Virus record (IMG/VR): IMGVR_UViG_3300037714_000280
Location: 1 to 39,505 of that record
DNA from: a virus
Taxonomy: Duplodnaviria; Caudoviricetes
Direction: 5' to 3' (one strand)
Length of the DNA: 39,505 nucleotides
The notes beneath the pieces were generated by a model, which did not search any database, was not told the origin of the DNA, and worked only from the letters and a program-made list of their open reading frames with translations. A program made the translations under genes and the position numbers. Below, one piece after another: positions 17,458 to 24,427 of the stretch (the stretch's first letter is position 1; each line of letters begins with the position of its first letter).

Positions 17458-18387
17458 TTAGGCGACGGCGCTGACGATCAGAAAGCCCGAGGCGATGCCG
17501 CTCAGCACCGGGGCGCGTTCGTAGGCCGTACCATAGATCCAGCTCTTGCTCTGGGTTTCCCAGTAGGGCTGTTCCACGGCGGGATGGCCTTCCATCGTGT
17601 AGGTGTAGCCGTAGCTCGGTTCCTCCATGCCGGAGGGCGTGGTGGGCACGTAGGCCAGCACCACATCCTTGCCCCAGATATCGATGGTGGCGCCGGCGTC
17701 ATCGAAGCCGATGGCCTTGCCGACGATCACGGTCTGCACATCGAACACCGCCGCCAGGATCTCCGCCGTCACCACACCACGCTGGGTGTACTTGATCTTG
17801 TCCAGGATGGCCGGATGCTCCTTGAGCACCTTGAACACCTTGGCCGAGAACTCGATGACGCTGGGGTACAGGCCGGTGCTGGAGCGGATGGCCTCCTTGG
17901 CGTCCTCGATGTCGCCGATGGGATCGGAGGCGTCGTAGTCGCTCCACTGGTCGGTGCCCGCCAGGGTGAGTTTGTGATTGGCGTCGTAGCCGGCGGCGTT
18001 GCGGGCCAGGTCGGCCTGCTGCTTCTCCAGGATCAGCGACTCGATGCGCATCACGCCGTTGATGGCGCGGGTGGCCAGGTCGATACCGGGCACGTTGTTG
18101 GCATCGCGCAGATGCTCCCGCGGCACCGGGGCCTCCAGGGCATGGTTCTCCAGCGCGAAGGGCTTGCCCTCGTAGCCGAACTGGATGCGCTTGGTGGCGG
18201 TACCGGGGGCGCGCAGGGAGGTGTAGAGCTTGAAGGCGTCCTTGCCGAACTCGATGATCTTGCCGCCGGCCACGTTCACGGGCACGCGCGGGAACAGCGC
18301 CATGCCGATGTGATCGGGATGACGGTAGCCCTGAACGACGTTACTGAGGATCGGGTCGATGACCCGGCGTTGTGCGGTAGTAGGCAT
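17458..18387 (-). CDS. Major capsid protein, 309 aa
   Basis: RVIDPILSNVVQGY, LFPRVPV, FGKDAF, IWGKDVVLAY, PSYGYTY; follows protease and decoration genes; AAGGAG SD. Confidence 0.88.
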   Translation of the reverse strand: MPTTAQRRVIDPILSNVVQGYRHPDHIGMALFPRVPVNVAGGKIIEFGKDAFKLYTSLRAPGTATKRIQFGYEGKPFALENHALEAPVPREHLRDANNVPGIDLATRAINGVMRIESLILEKQQADLARNAAGYDANHKLTLAGTDQWSDYDASDPIGDIEDAKEAIRSSTGLYPSVIEFSAKVFKVLKEHPAILDKIKYTQRGVVTAEILAAVFDVQTVIVGKAIGFDDAGATIDIWGKDVVLAYVPTTPSGMEEPSYGYTYTMEGHPAVEQPYWETQSKSWIYGTAYERAPVLSGIASGFLIVSAVA

Positions 18388-18397
18388 TGTGTGCTCC

Positions 18398-18736
18398 TTA
18401 AGCCGGAATCAGCATGACTTCGAAAAGGTCGCCATCGGCGGCGGCGGCCTGCAGGGCGCGGGCCACGGTGACGCCGGCGTCCTTGGTGACCAGCTTGCCG
18501 CCAGCCCCCACCTCCAGGGCGGCGCCCACGGCGACGGCCGCACCGGCGATGGCCACGGAGGTGCCCAGCACGTCCACGGCGACCGGGTCGCCCAGGGCGG
18601 CATCGGTGATGGCCAGGCCCTGCATGGCCCCGGCCGCGGTGGCCACGTCACCGTCGTAGCCGACGGCCTGGTGTTCGCTGAGCGCCGCGGCAGCCACGGC
18701 GGTCAGGGTCAAAAGCGAGATCTTGGATGCAGGCAT
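18398..18736 (-). CDS. Capsid decoration/cement protein (DUF2190-like), 112 aa
   Basis: Ala/Gly/Val-rich, GD.VAVDVLG...AGAAVAVGA...ARALQAAAADGDLFEV; between protease and capsid. Confidence 0.8.
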   Translation of the reverse strand: MPASKISLLTLTAVAAAALSEHQAVGYDGDVATAAGAMQGLAITDAALGDPVAVDVLGTSVAIAGAAVAVGAALEVGAGGKLVTKDAGVTVARALQAAAADGDLFEVMLIPA

Positions 18737-18737
18737 G

Positions 18738-19271
18738 TCAGCCCTCCTGTTCGACGGTACGGACGGCGCTGATGTAGTCCACGCCGGGATTCTGTTTCAT
18801 GTAGTCGCGCGCCTTCCGGTCCAGCTCCAGGCGGTCGGCATCCACATGGGCGCCGGCCGGGGCGGAGAACTGCGGGCCGCCCTGGCTGCCGAGATCCTCA
18901 CCGGCATCCGACTCGCCCCGGGACGGGCCCGTGGCGGGCAGCGCGGCCATGAACTCGCGGAAGTAGGCCAGCGGCGACTGCTGCACGGCCTGGGCCTGGT
19001 CACCCTCGCCCTGCGAGAACTCGAAGCGGGCATCCTCGCCATCGGGCAGCGCGGCCATGAACTCCGCCAGCCCTTCGGCCTGCGCCGGGGTGAGCCGGCG
19101 GCCGTCCACCGCCTCCGCGACCAGCGCCTGGAACTCAGCCTGCCGGCGGCTGCGCCGCTCGGCGGCCAGCTCGTTTGCGAGCGTCTGCTCGCGCTGGGAA
19201 AACTCCGACACCGCGGCTTCGCGCCCGGCGGCACGTGCGGCATCGATATCGGCCTGCGTGAACTCACTCAC
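18738..19271 (-). CDS. Putative internal in-frame scaffold protein (gpZ-like), 177 aa
   Basis: In-frame GTG at 19271 preceded by GGAGG at 7-nt spacing, at the domain boundary, as with Mu I/Z. Confidence 0.6.
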   Translation of the reverse strand: MSEFTQADIDAARAAGREAAVSEFSQREQTLANELAAERRSRRQAEFQALVAEAVDGRRLTPAQAEGLAEFMAALPDGEDARFEFSQGEGDQAQAVQQSPLAYFREFMAALPATGPSRGESDAGEDLGSQGGPQFSAPAGAHVDADRLELDRKARDYMKQNPGVDYISAVRTVEQEG

Positions 19272-19913
19272 GGCGGCACCTCCATCATTGGTGGGTGGGT
19301 GGGAAAAGGAAGGTTGATCATCGGCACGCAGCTCGGCGGCATGCGTGGACAGGGATTCGAGCTCGTAGTCCGGCAGCACCTTGTCCGCCGTCTCGACCCC
19401 GAATTTTTCGATGATGAAATCGCGCAGGCGGCGCATCGCGCGGGCCAGCACCCCGGGGGTGTAGCTGTCCACCTGGTAGTCGAAGACATTGTCCTGCGGG
19501 GCGGCGAACTGCACCGGCGCCAGACCCTCCACCGCCGGCGGCTCCGCGCCCAGCCAGGCGATGTGGCCGAGCTTCCAGCCCTGGCCGGTCTTCTGCAGCC
19601 GCACGGAGCGCTCATACAGCCGGCCGTCGCGCACCAGCTTTTCGAACTGCGGTTCGATGTCGCGGCTCTTGGCATAGAGCACATCGCCCTCGCGCTTCAG
19701 CGCCGCGGTGCGGCCATAGGCGAAGGGGGAGTACAGCTCTTTATGGGTGACGACATGCGGCGCCGGATGGTCCGCGTCGTGATTGGTGACCATCTGGTCG
19801 AGGTCCGCCCGGGTATAGGTGGCGGTGCGGCCGAGGCTGTCGGTCTGGGTGCCGGCCCTGAAGATCGGCACCCAGTCGGTGAGGCCTTTGAAGTCGTGTG
19901 TGCGCTGGTCCAT
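18738..19913 (-). CDS. Prohead protease/scaffold (Mu gpI/Z-like), 391 aa
   Basis: IFRAGTQTDS.G, AP.V..H, AYG, Y.RSV, LGHIAWLGAEPPAVEGL; coiled-coil C-terminal half. Start placed at ATG 19913 from the promoter geometry. Confidence 0.88.
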   Translation of the reverse strand: MDQRTHDFKGLTDWVPIFRAGTQTDSLGRTATYTRADLDQMVTNHDADHPAPHVVTHKELYSPFAYGRTAALKREGDVLYAKSRDIEPQFEKLVRDGRLYERSVRLQKTGQGWKLGHIAWLGAEPPAVEGLAPVQFAAPQDNVFDYQVDSYTPGVLARAMRRLRDFIIEKFGVETADKVLPDYELESLSTHAAELRADDQPSFSHPPTNDGGAAVSEFTQADIDAARAAGREAAVSEFSQREQTLANELAAERRSRRQAEFQALVAEAVDGRRLTPAQAEGLAEFMAALPDGEDARFEFSQGEGDQAQAVQQSPLAYFREFMAALPATGPSRGESDAGEDLGSQGGPQFSAPAGAHVDADRLELDRKARDYMKQNPGVDYISAVRTVEQEG

Positions 19914-19966
19914 GTGGCGCATCATGGACGAGCGAAGGGGGAGGGTTCAGGGGGAAAGAGTTCCCC
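19914..19966 (-). promoter_or_regulatory. Late promoter 1 (Mor/C-type dyad plus -10), head-tail arm
   Basis: GGGGAA-CTCT-TTCCCC (19966-19951), 24 nt, CATGAT (19926-19921), 7 nt, ATG. Same layout as 30941-30996. Confidence 0.8.
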
Positions 19967-20040
19967 GGCTGGATTATGGGGTTCTGGTTATAGACTGCCA
20001 GACGTGTGACGGGGAATCAATACGGGGCAAGGAGGAGCAG

Positions 20041-20265
20041 GTGAGTTACGGGTTGATCGGCATCGTCATCATCATTGCCCTTGGCTGCGCCTGGCGAGAC
20101 TGGACGAACTACCGCGAGCGGTCGCATCGACTGGACGCGGCCGTGAAGATGTCGGAACAAGAGACGCAGCGCATGAAGCTTTTCATCGCCGCCTCCGGGT
20201 CGCCGGCAAACACCGGTTATCCGGCTGAGTCGCGAGCGATTCAAAACCCATTTAAAACCGCCTGA
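20041..20265 (+). CDS. Small membrane-anchored accessory protein, 74 aa
   Basis: AAGGAGG SD then GTG 20041; N-terminal hydrophobic helix YGLIGIVIIIALGCAW. Confidence 0.6.
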   Translation: MSYGLIGIVIIIALGCAWRDWTNYRERSHRLDAAVKMSEQETQRMKLFIAASGSPANTGYPAESRAIQNPFKTA

Positions 20266-20317
20266 GCGGCCTTGTCGCCCCCTGACGCCGGCATGGGTGG
20301 CGCTCATCGCCTCTGCA

Positions 20318-20444
20318 CGGCGCACAGGCGCTCTCAGGCGGCCGCCCGAAATGGCCGAGGGGGACATCAGATTCACCGGCCAGCCCATACCACACGGTCC
20401 AGGATCTGCAGCGACTCGATCTCCAAGGGATCGAGGGCTTGGGA
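20318..20444 (-). pseudogene. Decayed duplicate of the repressor 3' end and its downstream flank
   Basis: 20367-20444 matches 21320-21397 at 71/78 nt (SQALDPLEIESLQILDRVVWAGR* vs SQALGPSEIESLQILGRVVWAGRRI*); 20318-20347 is identical to 21261-21290. Confidence 0.85.
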
Positions 20445-20456
20445 AAGGAGAAGCAA

Positions 20457-20510
20457 ATGAGTTACGGGTTGATCGGCGTCGTCATCATCATTGCTCGTTC
20501 ATCTGCCTGA
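20457..20510 (+). pseudogene. Truncated duplicate of the 20041 membrane-protein gene
   Basis: 20458-20494 matches 20042-20078 at 36/37 nt and keeps an AAGGAG SD; reads MSYGLIGVVIIIARSSA*. Confidence 0.8.
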
Positions 20511-21138
20511 GAAGCTCAATGGAGTTGGAATAAGCGTCCACATCAATCAATGCCCTGTCCGAAAAAATACCGCTCGCAGCTTCTGTTGCCGCGATCAGGT
20601 CTTCTAATGATTTAATGCGCAACTCGGACGCCTTGTCTAGGGCATCACCAAAATCATCAACCTCATCTTTGTAATTATTCATCAGTGATGATTTTATTTC
20701 CCCGCCAGTGAGATTCTCGTCTACGCGATTGATGCTCGCCATTATCGCGACACCCCTTACATGAGCCGCAGCCACTTGTCTTTGCGCTCGTATAGCATCT
20801 CGGGCTGCAGTCAATATGGCCAACGATCGATCGTAGTGCTGTCGGCTTGATTGCCCCTCTAATTTTCTGACCGCAATAATACTTTTACCAATTTCATTTG
20901 CATGGACTTCATATTGCTCCAGCAAGTCATTATAGGTTGCTGTTCTATCCTGCTCAGCTAAAGCCGAATTCACGCGGATTTTTGCATCGGTAAGATATGA
21001 TTCCAATACGCTGATAAATTCATTTCTTTTGTATTGGGAATAACCGTATTCAACGAGCACAGCAGTCATGCTGATAACCAGCAGCCAGATGAATAAACGA
21101 CCTATAGTCAATCCTTTTTGTTTTGCCAATAACCTCAT
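20488..21138 (-). CDS. AT-rich accessory (moron) membrane-anchored helical protein, 216 aa
   Basis: Visibly lower GC than its neighbours; one N-terminal TM helix (LFIWLLVISMTAVLV) followed by a helical domain; co-directional with and downstream of the repressor. Confidence 0.75.
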   Translation of the reverse strand: MRLLAKQKGLTIGRLFIWLLVISMTAVLVEYGYSQYKRNEFISVLESYLTDAKIRVNSALAEQDRTATYNDLLEQYEVHANEIGKSIIAVRKLEGQSSRQHYDRSLAILTAARDAIRAQRQVAAAHVRGVAIMASINRVDENLTGGEIKSSLMNNYKDEVDDFGDALDKASELRIKSLEDLIAATEAASGIFSDRALIDVDAYSNSIELLRQMNEQ

Positions 21139-21319
21139 CTAACACCCCCCATAAAGTTCGCGCTCGATATTTCTGTTCATTTTTTCGTTGATGTCTTCTT
21201 GCTGGGGCTGGCGGTCGTAGGTAACGCAGCCGCCATCGCCTCCAGCGCCGCCTTGCCCTGCGGCGCACAGGCGCTCTCAGGCGGCCGCCCCGAAACGGAT
21301 GGCCGGGTGGTCTGTCGCG

Positions 21320-22186
21320 TCAGATTCGCCGGCCAGCCCATACCACACGTCCCAGGATCTGCAGTGACTCGATCTCCGAGGGACCGAGGGCCTGGGATTC
21401 GTAGGCCCGGTTGTCGCTCTTGATCACGATGCTCTGGTCGAGCCGGTGCTGGATGCGTTTGACCAGCAGCGCATCGCCCACCACCAGCACATAGATCGCG
21501 CCATCCCGGAACTGGTGCTCGGACTTGTCGATCAACAGCAGATCCCCGTCGCCAAGGGTTGGCTCCATCGAGTCCCCCGTCGCAGAGATCAGCACCAGGT
21601 CGGCGGGACGGGCGCCCAGTTGCTGGCGCACCCAGTCAGCCTTGAACGCCAGGTGGTCGACCACCTGCTCCGAATGGATGATGGCGCCGCCCCCCATGCT
21701 GCCGTGCACGTCGTAGCGCGGCACCATCACGAAATCATCATTCGCCACGGAATGCAGCCGGGCCAGGGCCTGGGCGGAATCACGGACGATCCCCACGAGG
21801 CCCTCATCCAGGCGTGCGGCCCAGCCACCGTGATCCGCCTCCACCGTGGCGGTATCGGCCAGATCGATCAGGGCATCGTCGATATCGCGCAACAGCCCGG
21901 TGGCGGCGCGTGACAGCTCGTGCGGAGGCTGCGCCTCCTCCCCCTCTGCGTGGTGCATGGGCCCGCCATAAAACAGCTCATCCAGGGAGATCTCGTTCCG
22001 GTAGGCGAAGTGCACCAGGTCGGCATAGGGCACCGTGCCGCGTTTGCGCCAGGTCGGAATGGAGGAAGACGCCACACCCAGGGCCCGGGCTACATCGGCA
22101 TCCTTCTCAGAACCGATCAACTTCCTCACCCTGTCGAGCAAAACCTCCAGCTCATCACTCGAATATGCGGTCTTACCCCTTGACAT
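21320..22186 (-). CDS. Prophage repressor: N-terminal HTH plus C-terminal S24 (LexA/CI-like) domain, 288 aa
   Basis: DVARALGVASSSIPTWRKRG HTH; VPRYDV.GSMGGG, GDSMEPTL.DGD and LVKRI S24 motifs; divergent from ner. Confidence 0.92.
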   Translation of the reverse strand: MSRGKTAYSSDELEVLLDRVRKLIGSEKDADVARALGVASSSIPTWRKRGTVPYADLVHFAYRNEISLDELFYGGPMHHAEGEEAQPPHELSRAATGLLRDIDDALIDLADTATVEADHGGWAARLDEGLVGIVRDSAQALARLHSVANDDFVMVPRYDVHGSMGGGAIIHSEQVVDHLAFKADWVRQQLGARPADLVLISATGDSMEPTLGDGDLLLIDKSEHQFRDGAIYVLVVGDALLVKRIQHRLDQSIVIKSDNRAYESQALGPSEIESLQILGRVVWAGRRI

Positions 22187-22226
22187 TGCGAGTTCCTTGC
22201 TTAAAATGCTCGACTAAGTTAACTTA
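22180..22226 (+). promoter_or_regulatory. Early (Pe-like) sigma70 promoter and adjacent palindrome
   Basis: TTGACA (22180-22185), 16 nt, TAAAAT (22202-22207); perfect palindrome TAAGTTAACTTA at 22215-22226, just downstream of the predicted start site. Confidence 0.7.
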
Positions 22227-22267
22227 TTAACTCGATTACGCGAACAAAAAGAGCCTGGAGGCCCTCA

Positions 22268-22498
22268 ATGCATTACGCAGATATCAGTGCTGCCTTGATC
22301 AAAGCCGGCCACCCGCCAAGCAAGATTGCCGAGCAGCTGGATGTAACGCCGGCGGCGATCAGTCAAGTGATTCACGGCACTCGTAAATCATACAACATCG
22401 CCTCCTATATCTCCGCTGTAACCAATATTCCCCTGAACCGGCTCTGGCCGGACGGGCGCTATCGCTACGCCCCCAAGGAAGGGCGGTCCGCGGCATGA
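22268..22498 (+). CDS. ner: Ner-like HTH regulator, 76 aa
   Basis: MHYADISAAL..., HTH, C-terminal LWPDGRY (Ner IWPxRY-like); first early gene; GGAGG SD. Confidence 0.8.
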   Translation: MHYADISAALIKAGHPPSKIAEQLDVTPAAISQVIHGTRKSYNIASYISAVTNIPLNRLWPDGRYRYAPKEGRSAA

Positions 22499-22506
22499 GT
22501 CCATTG

Positions 22507-22845
22507 CTAGCTCGCATCTGCCACCGTCTCCGCTCGCTCCAGGTGCTGATCCACGCAGGCCGGGCACAGGGTGAGGTCCCAGTCGACCATGCCGGCCCCC
22601 GTATAGATCTGGGCGATGGCCACCATCCAGCCATCGAATATGGCCTGCCAGTGCAGGCTCTCCCGCAGCGACAGGCGCGTGGGCGGGAAGTGATCGCGCA
22701 CCCAGCTGCTGATCACCAGCTCCTGCTCCCGGCCACAGAAGTGGCAGCGGATCAGCCCCCGGTCGGTCACCGGACGCACCGGACCCGAGCTGATCGCCTT
22801 GATGAACCGGTTCCTATGCCCGAATCGATCCCTGGGGTCGTGCAT
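22507..22845 (-). CDS. Antisense CxxC/CxxC protein inside the early operon, 112 aa
   Basis: AGGAG SD before ATG 22845; CHFC and CPAC motifs; protein-like composition. Confidence 0.6.
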   Translation of the reverse strand: MHDPRDRFGHRNRFIKAISSGPVRPVTDRGLIRCHFCGREQELVISSWVRDHFPPTRLSLRESLHWQAIFDGWMVAIAQIYTGAGMVDWDLTLCPACVDQHLERAETVADAS

Positions 22846-22946
22846 TTCCTGTCTCCTCTCGAGGTGGTACGAGCCCGCCGTACCCGGCAGCGGGCATTGC
22901 GGCGTCGTGATAGTGCAAAGCCTACGGCGCAAGTGGAGGCACGTCA

Positions 22947-23420
22947 GTGGTAAAGCGGCGAAAACTTATTTCCAGCATTCAGGGCGATCTGTTCCAGCAA
23001 CTGGCCGAGCAGACGGCCCTGGAGGCGCAGCAGGCCCAGGACCTCGATATCAACCTGGAGCTGATGGGCGCCATCAACCAGGCGATCCGCGAGGCCAAGC
23101 AGCGCGGCATGTCCCGCGAGCGGATCATCGACCGCATGAATCTCTGCCTGCCGGATCTGGAGCGGGGCATCACCCTGCGCCAGCTCAATGCCTGGACGGC
23201 GCAGAGCAAGGAGTACCACGAATTCCCCGCCCGCTACCTGCCCGCCTTCTGCTGGGCCACTGGGTCCGTATTACCCCTGCTGATGCTGGCCCAGGCCATC
23301 GGCCACGACCTGGTGGACCGGCGCGATCAGGTGGCGCTGGAGCTGGGGCAGAAGCTGGTGGCCCAGGCCCAGCTCACGCGCGACGTTAATTCACTCAAGA
23401 AACTGCTCGGAGATAAATAA
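22947..23420 (+). CDS. Early hypothetical/regulatory protein, 157 aa
   Basis: GGAGG SD; MSRE.I.DRMN...LNAWTA.SKE.H.FP..YLPAFC motif; coupled to the next gene. Confidence 0.75.
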   Translation: MVKRRKLISSIQGDLFQQLAEQTALEAQQAQDLDINLELMGAINQAIREAKQRGMSRERIIDRMNLCLPDLERGITLRQLNAWTAQSKEYHEFPARYLPAFCWATGSVLPLLMLAQAIGHDLVDRRDQVALELGQKLVAQAQLTRDVNSLKKLLGDK

Positions 23421-24427
23421 TGGCGAAAAAGATCGAGACCCTGCCGGCTACGGATAACCCCGCGCTGGAGCACGACCCCGAGGCACGCATGATCGCCGAG
23501 CGGGTGATGGCGCTGAAGGAGGAGACACCCTGGGACCTGCCGGTCTCTCGTGGCAAGCCGCTGACCGGCGAGGCCCTGAAGGCCTGGCAGCTGAAGAAGG
23601 TGGATCAGGCCGCTGTCGGTCAGGTGGAGCGCGGCATCGGGTATGCCCTGCTCAAGCGCGAGCTGGGCCACGGCGGGTTCGAGGGCTGGCTGAAGGATAA
23701 CGGCATTCCGCTCAGCTCCGCCCGTGCGGACCGTCAGGTGGCGCAGCTCTACCTGGGGCTGTCCACCGCAAACCGACAGCGCGCTGTCGGTTTGGCGCAG
23801 CGCAAGCTCCAGGTGCTGGCCAGCGCCCCGCCCAAGATGGTCGAGGATCTGTTCGACAGTGGCGCCCTGGACGATGCCGCCGACATGTCCCGCGACCAGC
23901 TGCGCGAGATCATCCAGCTGCGCAAGCAGGTCGAGAAGGCTTCGGCTCGGGAGGCGCGGCTGGAACAGGTGATCGCCGAGCAGGATGAGACCCTGCGCCA
24001 GCACAGCGCCCTGCCGGAGGTGCAGGCCCATGTGCTGGAGCTGCGCCAGGCGGTGATCGAGGAGACCCAGTCGCTGCGGGTGAACGCCACCCAGCTGCAG
24101 GCGCTGATGGACCGCCTGGACTTCCTGCCCCGGGACCTGGAGTCGGCACAACGGGATGCCATCGCCCACCCGCTGATGTACGCCCTGCAGGGCCTGCAGG
24201 CCACGGTCGGCGCCATGCTGGAGCGCGGCTTCAACAGCTTCGCCAACCTGCATGCCGACCTCGATGTGTTCCCGCCGGCCCTGGAGCCCGGGGAGATCGA
24301 GCGCGCCCGGCGCCTGAGCATCGAGTTCATGCAGCGTGCCGAACTGCGTGCGGTACACCGTGAGGTGGATACGGTCCAGCCGAAAGCGAAGCGTGGCCGC
24401 GGCCGGCCCCGGAAAGGGACGAAGTGA
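23420..24427 (+). CDS. Early coiled-coil protein (DUF3102-like N-terminus) with C-terminal AT-hook, 335 aa
   Basis: G..LLKRELGHGGFEGWL motif; coiled coil; ends KRGRGRPRKGTK; directly precedes the transposase. Confidence 0.7.
   Translation: MAKKIETLPATDNPALEHDPEARMIAERVMALKEETPWDLPVSRGKPLTGEALKAWQLKKVDQAAVGQVERGIGYALLKRELGHGGFEGWLKDNGIPLSSARADRQVAQLYLGLSTANRQRAVGLAQRKLQVLASAPPKMVEDLFDSGALDDAADMSRDQLREIIQLRKQVEKASAREARLEQVIAEQDETLRQHSALPEVQAHVLELRQAVIEETQSLRVNATQLQALMDRLDFLPRDLESAQRDAIAHPLMYALQGLQATVGAMLERGFNSFANLHADLDVFPPALEPGEIERARRLSIEFMQRAELRAVHREVDTVQPKAKRGRGRPRKGTK

Noticed and set aside
20041-20090. IIALGC as a lipoprotein (spanin or Cor-like) signal
   Set aside because: Poor lipobox match and no basic N-region; better read as a simple TM anchor.
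20041-21138. Anti-CRISPR/Aca operon at the pre-protease locus
   Set aside because: The position fits, but both proteins are membrane-anchored and no Aca-like HTH gene is present.
20367-21397. 78-bp near-identical pair as a DGR template/variable repeat
   Set aside because: Mismatches are not confined to adenines, there is no reverse transcriptase in the window, and the copy is a decayed repressor 3' end.
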